A stretch of 64,000 bases of DNA from Ostrea edulis (taxonomy: Eukaryota). Shown here piece by piece: positions 14,876 to 23,545 of this stretch (positions are counted from its first letter, which is position 1; every line of letters begins with the position of its first letter). The notes under the pieces were generated by a model that saw only the letters and a program-made list of their open reading frames with translations, was not told where the DNA came from and did no database searches. The stretch spans positions 21,452,001 through 21,516,000 of the forward strand of contig NC_079165.1 of assembly GCF_947568905.1 (NCBI RefSeq), in the 5' to 3' direction. A program made the translations under genes and the position numbers.

Positions 14876-15360
14876 CACTGGTATTAAACTGATGATAGTA
14901 ACGATCGTTACTATCATCCCAAGATGGCGGAAGGAATTTCCGGTAAGACCACATTTACTTATTATATCGATTTGTATTGTTTATTTGCGAATGATATGTA
15001 GGTAAGAAATATCATACATTAGCAACAATTACGATCAGGTGTTATTTTATCTTTTATACGGCTCATATGAACAGAAAATTTGTCGTTGAAAAAACAGCGA
15101 GGATGATAGTAATGAAAGTAACGTTACTATCATCATCGCTGTTTTTTCAACGACGAATTTTCTGTTCATATGAGCCGTATAAAAGATAAAATAACACCTG
15201 ATCGTAATTGTTGCTAGCGTATGATATTTCTTACCTACATATCATTCGCAAATAAACAATACAAATAGATATAATAAGTAAACGTGGTCTTACCGGAATT
15301 TCCTTCCGCCATCTTGGGATGATAGTAACGATCGTTACTATCATCAGTTTAATACCAGTG
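14876..15360. mobile_element. Foldback (almost wholly palindromic) element with flanking 6-bp direct repeat ATTACA
   Basis: About 225-bp arms are near-perfect reverse complements; ends CACTGG...CCAGTG; ATTACA at 14870-14875 and 15361-15366. Confidence 0.85.
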
Positions 15361-18300
15361 ATTACAATTACAGTACCAATATAATTATCATACAGCTATA
15401 CTGTCCATTTGCATTAATAATGAACATGATGAATAATCGCTTTTGTGAATGGAAATATTAAATGAATGGCATTAAAACATTATTTGATTATATCTTATTA
15501 CATGTAGTACTCCGTTCTTTTACCATATCTACATCCTATGATGTAATAAGGTTTAATAAACTGTTTAATATCTAGACTTAAAGCTTCATCAGGGCCATAT
15601 ATCCTGTGCATCTGCCAGATTTCTTTTTTCAGCATCCATACGTGTTTTTTTTAATTTACTGAAATAAGAATTTGTAGGAAACAAACAGATTCAGAAGAAC
15701 CTTTGAAAAATTCGATACTGCTTTCTGCCTCACCCCACATTTACAAATCGGAACACATGTCACATTAGAGTAAAGTTTATTGACCAGCATGTATTTCAGA
15801 TTCTAGTTTCAATATTTCACATCCCTACTCCCCTCCCCATTCAAGAAAGCATTCTCTGCAAATCCTTGATGAAACCTGTATCTCTTTAATAATCTCAAGG
15901 GTGATACAGAACAGTGATACCTGTTTAATGCCCGTTCCACACTAAGCAGAATCTGTAAGTCTTGAGGTCGTCTCCATTGTATTTTAATTCTCTTCTCCCA
16001 TTATAATCATGCACATATGGTGCTATATATGAACTCAATCAAGCCACATGAACTGATGGGGGCAAGAGGTCCAAATAAGATTTTAAAAAGGGGATCATAA
16101 GAATGTTGTTACCAGACAGAATCAATTACCAGTGGCCAGATAGCTAACTTAATAGGACACTTGACTGAAGATCATCATTATAAGAGGGTTAGAGTTTGAG
16201 TCTTGGTCTTGTCAATACAGGACTTTCGAGATACGGATCCACTCTGACTTTTATCACACGTTGAACGTAATTGTAGGGCATGTCACTTCCGGATTACAAT
16301 AACAACAAAGTAAACAAACATGGAATATTTCAATTGCTATCAATTTCCTGCATTTAAATGCTATCTTTGAAAGAAAGGAATCACTACAACCATTTTATAG
16401 GAAAATACAATTGATTAAATTATGCGAGTCGGCGCGGGAAATAAATCTAGGGAATATCTTGAGGATATCGGTAAAACTTCACGCCTTGCATCCAATGGTA
16501 CGCGTCTAAATGCACCTTTTCCCTTCCATCTAATTTACACCCAGGTACTAAGCACCAATAATGACTTGGATCGTCATCGTGGGACTGCGCATAGCTCTTT
16601 ACGGACCGTCTGTTAGCGAAACACCATATGTATCGATATCAACTTTGCCCTACAATTGGTTATTATCACGTGACCGTGGTGTATAAACGTCAAATATAAT
16701 CGGTCGTTCCGGCATTTCCCGAAAGTTCCGTATTGCATTTTCTCTTTCCCCGGTACACAATTTGGACATGGTGCTGTGACCAGTAGAAATTCAGTCAGGC
16801 ATGCCTTCACACTAATCAAAGACAATTTTTCCTACAATTTTTTAAAACATTTAACTCTCCAAGATATATTTTGAAAATAAATATTGTTTTGAGTTTACAC
16901 CTAATTAGTTTTGATATCATTATTTAACACATATCAAATTGCATTAATAGTGAAAATGTTCAATATATATGTATAATCTGCAAGGAAATTGTGATCAGTG
17001 TTTCTTGTTAAATAATAATGGAAAAAAGATAGTAATTTATTTCCTACCTACTCTAATTTTGTCTTGGATGCTAGTAGAAACACAGTCATTATTTTAGGCC
17101 TTACTTGGGATTCAGGAGTACAGGGTTCAAATCTAGTTCCACAACACTGCCATAATCAACAAATAAAAAGTGGGGTTATATTTTTGATCTATTAAATCTT
17201 TAATTTTGCAAAAACTATTTGAGACAAAATATTTTTGTGAACAAAAATGGATTTCGAAAAATGTGAATAATTATCCCTTGCCAAGAAGTATCATTGCCTA
17301 GATGTCAAAGATCCGCCTCCATCAATCGTACAGCATCCAATTCCTATCTGATTTGGCATTTAGTTCAAGTACAAAAACATATATTACAATTCTGATTGAC
17401 CTACAGTTAAATAGCAATTCATATTCTAATTCTCTTGAAATTTCATTGCACCTCAAACCTATTTCTCTTATTCTCATTAATATTCATTCGCACGCCGCTC
17501 GAGTGTTACCCGTTTAGCCAAAATGGGTCAGATTCGGAGGCCATTTTGGCTCCCATGTTGTCAGTTTTCGTGGAAAAGTTCCAGGGACTTTTGACGAATA
17601 ATACACTGTGTTGTCACAGATAGAGAATAAGGAGATTTGAAATGAAATTGAACACCTCTAATTGTTTTAATTACAAATGTCATTTGTTTACATACAATAA
17701 TACATATGCAAAAATCCTACCGTGATTTTGCCCGACCCCTTGTCAAAAATCGGTCAGTGTTGGCACGAAGATATGACGCTGTCAATTTTTCTGCGGGTAA
17801 ACCTTGTCAACTTGTTATTACAACCACTTCGTTCTCCTTTTACAAAACTAAACAAAGAAAACATTACTTTAACGGAATCATTATGCTAAAATTGTGGAAT
17901 TATGAATATGTAAAAATGGTAATTATTTACCTGCTTCTTCATTAGCGGCCCGGAGCATTTTCCGCCATTTTGAATAATAATACACTACAATTAACTTCCG
18001 TAAATCGATATGAATTTTCTATGAAAGAGAAATCGTCATTAAAATGTCTCCAAAGATGAAGCACGTTTATGACAGAGTATTTTTATTTTTCAAGATCTTA
18101 AGGAAAAATACATCTTGGGATAATTTTTTAATCCATAATTCATATTCCGGAAATTGCCGAAGTATTATCGGCTACCTGATACCAAATGCAGCGGGAATAT
18201 TCAAATATCCCAAAGTGCCATAGATATATTAACACTTCACAGTAAGTTGTCCGCTATTTTGCGATGAAAAAATCTTATTTGCCTACGTTGGCCTTTGTCA

Positions 18301-18628
18301 TTTTATGATCTTTAGCTTTGACATTTGCTATGCTTTTTAACAATTGCAGAACTTTAACTACATAGTACCATGGGAATGCCACAAGGTGGGCGGGGAACCC
18401 ATAAACTTGTGCAACTTCTTACATTTGGTAGAGTAAAGAAGTCAAACTTGGCATTTGGATGACCACACAAAAGGAGATAATTCAAATTAGTACAGATATA
18501 TGTATAGATATATCAAAGACACCACAGAGTCGTCCATGCACTTAGAACTGCTAAATCATACCGGTACTTAAAAATGTTTTAAAGTAGATATTAACGATAA
18601 ACTGTAACAGGAAGGGAGAAAATGCAAC

Positions 18629-18938
18629 GGACCCGACCGAGATTCGAACCCAGGCCCCCTGAATCTCTAGTCAAGAGCTCTACCAACTGAGCTAACTGGC
18701 CATCGGTTATTGAATCCGGCTGACGCTACACTCCTCCCTCCTTAAATATCTTCACACCTGAAGACATCAACCCGGGATCTTTTTTACCCTGGCAGGCATT
18801 TTCACCTGTCAGTTCCAGGGGCTGGTCTACGGTATCAAATGTAACAGGAAGGGAGAAAATGCAACGGACCAGACCGGGATTCGAACCCGGCCCCCCTGAA
18901 TATCTAGCCAGGTGCTCTACCAACTGAGCTATCTGGCC
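18629..18938 (-). repeat. Two tandem tRNA-derived units (18629-18701, 18866-18938) of a SINE-like repeat
   Basis: 73-nt cloverleaf-like sequences with A/B boxes and paired acceptor stem but aberrant 8-nt anticodon loop; shared 3' flank GTTGCATTTTCTCCCTTCCTGTTAC. Confidence 0.7.
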
Positions 18939-19103
18939 ACCGGCGATCGAACCCGGCCTACCACTACAGAACTAACACCTCAACTTTATGATAAAACGGG
19001 ATGGTTTCATCTTCTCCATCGACAACTTCCCATATTCATGTAGCAATATTCCATTATCACCTGCATATGTATAATATGAAATTCATTTTCAATTTAGACT
19101 GTA

Positions 19104-19459
19104 AGTAGTATAACGCGTCCCGATAGGGAGGTCAACTGAGTGCACTTTTTATGCAAATGAGGTCAAGTAAGGGCGTTTTTGATTGGTCAAGCGGTGTTGG
19201 GGTCAACGGAGTGCACTAGGACGGGGTCAACCCCAGCAGGGGTTGTAGAGCGGGTGAATAGACTGGCCTATGGCCGCTGGTCTATGATGCGGTACTTTCG
19301 CTTTGAGTTCCTGGAATGAGTTCCTGCTATTTTTCTGAAAATCGGTATAAAATCCAGTGAAATCCTGTGTATTAAATCTAAAAGAATAACAGTGTATTAA
19401 ATCTAAAAGAATAACACAAGGTTTTAAGTTGACATGTTTATTAAAGAACAATGGTACAA
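19104..19459 (+). repeat. Left terminal inverted repeat (356 bp)
   Basis: Reverse complement of 38844-39199; identical by eye except one mismatch at 19453/38850 near the inner end; contains 2x25-bp tandem repeat at 19367-19416. Confidence 0.96.
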
Positions 19460-19532
19460 GCATAGAACAATGCAAAACAATTCAATAAGCATAAAAACAG
19501 TTCAATAAGCATAACAGTTCAAGCACAGTCCA

Positions 19533-20450
19533 TTACTTTCTGCTGAGTTTCTTCTTCTTTTTTGGCCGTTCTTCAGTAGGTGCGGGTGGATTCCACATCT
19601 CTAACGGTGTGTATTCTCTCTTCACAGGGGGTTTTGAGCCAGGTACGGGTCCAATCATCGCATCTATCTCCGCTTGTTCTTCTGGACACTCACTAATCCA
19701 GTGTCCTATTTTTCCGCATTTGAAGCAAGGATCCTTTTGTTTGGTTTTCTTGCTGGTCTGTTGAGAATCTGCCGACCACGATTTCTTACTGGTCTGCGGA
19801 TAATCTGTTTTCTGTGGGCAATCCGGCGACCAATGTCCTGTTTCTCCACACGTGTAGCACGGGTTAGCAGTGTAATCTGGAGTGTATTCCTTCCTAGGTT
19901 TTTTAGAAGTCAGGTCTTCCAGCTTCTTCAGTAGGATTGTGGTATGATTTCCAATCTCATTACTCAGCACATTAATGCGGTTAACGATCCCGTCTAGTGT
20001 CGTGGTAATGATGGCGAAATCGGTCCTGCTCATGGGGGAATCTTCTCCGCCGAAGGGGGGTTTATCGTATAAGCCCATCTCCAGTCCCGTAGCGTCCTGT
20101 GAATCGGGAAAATAGAAGCCTAATCCCGGGTCTGTCGGATTCTGGCTAGGGAGGTAATCCGAGGTCTGGGCCATCTTCACTTGTCGAGCAACGTGGTCTG
20201 AAGGCGTGAGATTGAAGCTCGTGGTCTGGTTCGAGGTCTGGGCCATCTTCTTCTCTTCTCTTCTTCTTTGAGCAACGTAGTCTGGAGACGTGAGCAAGAA
20301 GTTCGAGGTCTTCCCCAGTTCAGTCTTCTGATCGTCACTCTTAGCTTTCTTCAGTTCAATGTAGTCTTTCTGTGGCCCCATCTCCTTCTGTACCAGCTGA
20401 TCTATTTTCTTCTGAGCTTTGTCCACAAATTCTAGTTGTTTCTGAGCCAT
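19533..20450 (-). CDS. Maverick accessory protein with two CCHC zinc knuckles (Gag nucleocapsid-like)
   Basis: CYTCGETGHWSPDC and CFKCGKIGHWISEC; TATAAAA at 20503-20509; AATAAA within TIR (19437-19442); C-terminal KKKKK. Confidence 0.85.
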   Translation of the reverse strand: MAQKQLEFVDKAQKKIDQLVQKEMGPQKDYIELKKAKSDDQKTELGKTSNFLLTSPDYVAQRRREEKKMAQTSNQTTSFNLTPSDHVARQVKMAQTSDYLPSQNPTDPGLGFYFPDSQDATGLEMGLYDKPPFGGEDSPMSRTDFAIITTTLDGIVNRINVLSNEIGNHTTILLKKLEDLTSKKPRKEYTPDYTANPCYTCGETGHWSPDCPQKTDYPQTSKKSWSADSQQTSKKTKQKDPCFKCGKIGHWISECPEEQAEIDAMIGPVPGSKPPVKREYTPLEMWNPPAPTEERPKKKKKLSRK

Positions 20451-20770
20451 GTCTTCTGGAAGGTGATTGAAGATCGAATGAGGACTGACACTGGGGCTCC
20501 GCTTTTATAGCCAGCAAAATGTCTAGACTATTCTGTCTCGTGAGGGGCACGTGGGGAGCACGTGGTTGCATCATCTTTTTCTGGAAAAACCGGTTTCAGC
20601 TAGAACATCGCGCGACCAGCGCGTGCTAGTGCACTAATTGAACTTGAAAAGCCGGTTTCTCGCGACCAGCGCGTGCTAGTGCCCATTGGTACACATTGAC
20701 TTTAGTGGAATGGAACTTATATTGGTGTTTAAAGTAGCCCTAAAAAGGGCTGTGCATGAAGTTTTTATTT

Positions 20771-21277
20771 TTAAAAATGGCCGGCTTCATACGCAGGTTC
20801 TTCTATATACACGTGTAAGTCATGATCTTCGGATATAATGTGTTGTACTAATTGTCGAGCTCTTCTCCCGGGGAAACGTATCTCTTCGACGGTTTCCCAC
20901 ATCCAGTGTGCATCCCAAAACAATACCCATACACTTCTCCGGTAACGTGGTTTCTCCAGTCGAATAAATCCCGATACTTTTTGAGTGCCGTTCAATAACG
21001 TGTAAAACTGGTAAATCATGTACTGTATGAGGGGGGAATTTTTCAGGTACATGTCACTTAAACGCAGGTAAATATCCTCCACTGTTTCATGTGACCGCAA
21101 TACATAGTCAAAACACCAATTTTTAGATCGGCCCCAGCGTAATCGATGGCGACATCTCTGTACTAAATTGGCCCAGATCTCCATCTCGTCTACATAATCT
21201 TCTACTATGGTTAAATTCTCCACTGGTTGTATTCCCTGGCCGCGGCGTCTCGCTCTTAAAATTCTCCGTGTATCCAT
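20771..21277 (-). CDS. Maverick accessory protein resembling an inactivated CRESS-virus Rep HUH endonuclease domain
   Basis: RSKNWCFDY (motif I-like), NGTQKVSGFIRLEKPR..DAHW (motif II region lacking His); AATAAA right after stop (20764-20769). Confidence 0.6.
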   Translation of the reverse strand: MDTRRILRARRRGQGIQPVENLTIVEDYVDEMEIWANLVQRCRHRLRWGRSKNWCFDYVLRSHETVEDIYLRLSDMYLKNSPLIQYMIYQFYTLLNGTQKVSGFIRLEKPRYRRSVWVLFWDAHWMWETVEEIRFPGRRARQLVQHIISEDHDLHVYIEEPAYEAGHF

Positions 21278-21312
21278 GACTGAAGGTCAGACAAGAATGA
21301 CTGTAGAAAAAC

Positions 21313-21392
21313 CAGCTGACGTACAGGTGCTTGATCACGTGGTGCAGGTGTTTGATCACGTGATGCATAACCTTTACCTATAAATACAGGTG
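21313..21392. promoter_or_regulatory. Divergent promoter with E-box cluster and TATA
   Basis: CAGCTG, 2x CACGTG, 3x CAGGTG; 21-bp tandem repeat 21324-21365; TATAAATA 21379-21386. Confidence 0.7.
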
Positions 21393-21416
21393 TTTTCTGA
21401 ACGTTCGTTATTTACT

Positions 21417-21749
21417 ATGGGGGGCAGTGCTACTACGAGAATAAATGGATATAGTTATGTACTACAATGTATGAACGTGGCCTTACATAATCCTCACATT
21501 CAAAATGCTCGTCAATTTGTACAACAGATGTCACCGGAGGTCAGAAATGTACATAGTTTTCAACGGATTGCTGATTCATTAGCGGAGAATACCAATACGG
21601 GACGTTTACTCATGATTTATTTGTATGCTGAGGAATTGAAACAGAATCTTCCAGACCAGATGAGTGACATTGATCGGATCTTACGCGATTGTCTACAAAA
21701 AGGATTCGTGGAACTGATTCGTATGAAAGGAATGGCTGCCCTGTTATAA
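21417..21749 (+). CDS. Mini Bcl-2-family (BAK-like) protein, 110 aa
   Basis: FQRIADSLAENTNTGRLLMIY resembles BAK FTKIASSLFESGINWGRVVAL (BH1); C-terminus resembles BH2 region; ATG 21417 follows TATA. Confidence 0.7.
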   Translation: MGGSATTRINGYSYVLQCMNVALHNPHIQNARQFVQQMSPEVRNVHSFQRIADSLAENTNTGRLLMIYLYAEELKQNLPDQMSDIDRILRDCLQKGFVELIRMKGMAALL

Positions 21750-21786
21750 AACAAGAACGTTTTAGAATTTTTTCATTTTGATCATC

Positions 21787-22140
21787 ATGGCTGAATTGAC
21801 CAACAACGTTCTTACCGCTGTATTACAGCATTTCGAGGACTACAAAGAATCGGTGAACAACGCTCGTAGCGCTGCATTACGGTGTATCAAGGACTGGAAA
21901 GAAAAACAGCCGTTGAGATATAAATTCGCCATGAAGTTGTTGATCTTTTGGGAATTTCCTATGACCTTATATGAATATTCCAGCGTTTGCAAGCATATAG
22001 CCGACAACCTGAACAGAGAGTCTGGATTGATCATGATTTATAACATGGACCAAGAATTTAGACGACGGGAACCTGAGAAGACTGGGGCGATTGTAGCGAT
22101 TACCGATCACTGGCTGGAAAAGGTGTATAAAAAAACCTAA
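21787..22140 (+). CDS. Helical paralogue 2 of tandem array (putative derived Bcl-2-like fold)
   Basis: EFPMTLYEY..HIADNL..GLIMIY..QEFRRREPE..AITDHWLEKVY shared with neighbours. Confidence 0.75.
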   Translation: MAELTNNVLTAVLQHFEDYKESVNNARSAALRCIKDWKEKQPLRYKFAMKLLIFWEFPMTLYEYSSVCKHIADNLNRESGLIMIYNMDQEFRRREPEKTGAIVAITDHWLEKVYKKT

Positions 22141-22168
22141 CCGTTTTCTTTTCCTTTATTCCTGGAGG

Positions 22169-22516
22169 ATGGCCAGCAGTGACAACATCGCAGAAAAAGC
22201 TCATAACCATGCATTAGAATGGGTGGAGAAAATGCAAGACGATACGGTGTTTCAAGCTGTTAAAAATTATCTGATAGCGGGGGTGTTTCCAATGACTCTG
22301 GACGAATATACAGATCTACGGAACCATGTGTACATCAATCTCTATAACGATGCGGGGTTGATGTTAATTTATGTCGCGGGGGAGGAATTCAAGAAACGCA
22401 TGCCTGAAAAAACCGCCGAGATTGAAAGTATCACCAAGGACTGGCTTCGAGAAGTATACATAAAGTGTGAAGAACTTAATTCATTTCATTTATTCCCGGA
22501 GGATGGCCAGCAGTGA
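22169..22516 (+). CDS. Helical paralogue 3 of tandem array
   Basis: VFPMTLDEY..GLMLIY..EEFKKRMPEK..SITKDWLREVY. Confidence 0.75.
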   Translation: MASSDNIAEKAHNHALEWVEKMQDDTVFQAVKNYLIAGVFPMTLDEYTDLRNHVYINLYNDAGLMLIYVAGEEFKKRMPEKTAEIESITKDWLREVYIKCEELNSFHLFPEDGQQ

Positions 22517-22808
22517 CCACATCACAGAGAAAGCGATAGTTTATGTATTGGATTATCTCACAGACATTCATTCTGGGCAGTTTGAATTTGTGTTACACTA
22601 TATGCGAGAAGAATTATTTCCCATCAGCTTAAAGGACTATCCATGTCTCTGTCAGTATTTGATCGAGAACCGGATCACCCCGCAAGCCTTAGTACTGATT
22701 CATTTAATGGGCCAGGAATTGAAACGAATTCGACCCACAGACAGAGCAGAAATCGAGAAAATCAGACTACGATGTCTTCGAGAGATGTACGTCAAGTTAA
22801 ACGTGTGA
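22503..22808 (+). CDS. Helical paralogue 4 of tandem array
   Basis: MASSDHITEKA start duplicates MASSDNIAEKA of paralogue 3 at DNA level; LFPISLKDY..ALVLIH..QELKRIRP..CLREMY. Confidence 0.75.
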   Translation: MASSDHITEKAIVYVLDYLTDIHSGQFEFVLHYMREELFPISLKDYPCLCQYLIENRITPQALVLIHLMGQELKRIRPTDRAEIEKIRLRCLREMYVKLNV

Positions 22809-22990
22809 CTTTTAATCTGGATCAAAATGAAGTGCATCTGTTACCCGAAGAAGACCGGACAAGTATCTGGATGACTGTAGCTGCTGATCGATATCGATTT
22901 CAACGCAGGATTCGAGAAATGGAAAAAATGTTGGACCCTATTTTAAAAAGACATGTGAATTGGTGTTGTGTGTGGGAGTTATGTATTTGA
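22772..22990 (+). CDS. PP1-binding eIF2alpha-phosphatase adaptor (GADD34 C-terminus / ASFV DP71L / HSV ICP34.5-like), 72 aa
   Basis: RVxF motif KRVTF followed by R..IW...AADRYRFQRRI; AATAAA at 23004-23009. Confidence 0.88.
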   Translation: MSSRDVRQVKRVTFNLDQNEVHLLPEEDRTSIWMTVAADRYRFQRRIREMEKMLDPILKRHVNWCCVWELCI

Positions 22991-23545
22991 AATATGTGAC
23001 ATGAATAAAATTGTTTACACGAAAGCTGTGTTTGGTTGAGTCTCTCAGAGAAGGGTTTATTTGTTGAGGAATCCAGAAAATCCTAAAGGTAGAGTGAAAA
23101 TCGAATCAATTAAGGTGTTTTCTATCGAATAGACCTTATGAGATGTTTTTAGGGATGTACATGGTCGAGAAATAAATTTTTAAAGAGGGGTGAAGAAACA
23201 TTGAACCTCGACTCGACCTCTTTAACCTCTGTTTCTTTGAAAACTATGCGACGTAGCAAAATAAAAATAAGTTTAACGCATTCGCCGTCTCAGAATCTAT
23301 CAGATTAAATCTACCTTGCACAGATATCGAATGTCTAGAAAAAGACAATGAGAAAAAACTCTCTACTCGAAAGCACAAATCCGCCATTTTGACGGCCACC
23401 ATCTTGGCTTCGTCTCCGAAGCGAGGGATGTTTTCGAGGAGGTCCGCGCTTTCCCGATATATACCGGCGCACTCGCCAGTTCGCTTCACTGGTGATCCAG
23501 CACAGTTATAGAAGATTTTTGAAGGATTTTAAAGAAGAAAGAAGA

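Noticed and set aside
18629-18938. Functional tRNA genes
   Set aside because: 8-nt anticodon loops, divergent copies, shared repeat flank; better explained as a tRNA-derived repeat
18990-19070. Penelope-like RT scrap adjoining the Maverick as part of the element
   Set aside because: Lies outside the TSD; same sequence family occurs at about 42245 and 51390
19227-19475. 82-aa ORF in each TIR (also 38828-39076)
   Set aside because: N-termini differ beyond the TIR edge, no motifs; likely incidental, though useful as evidence of TIR identity
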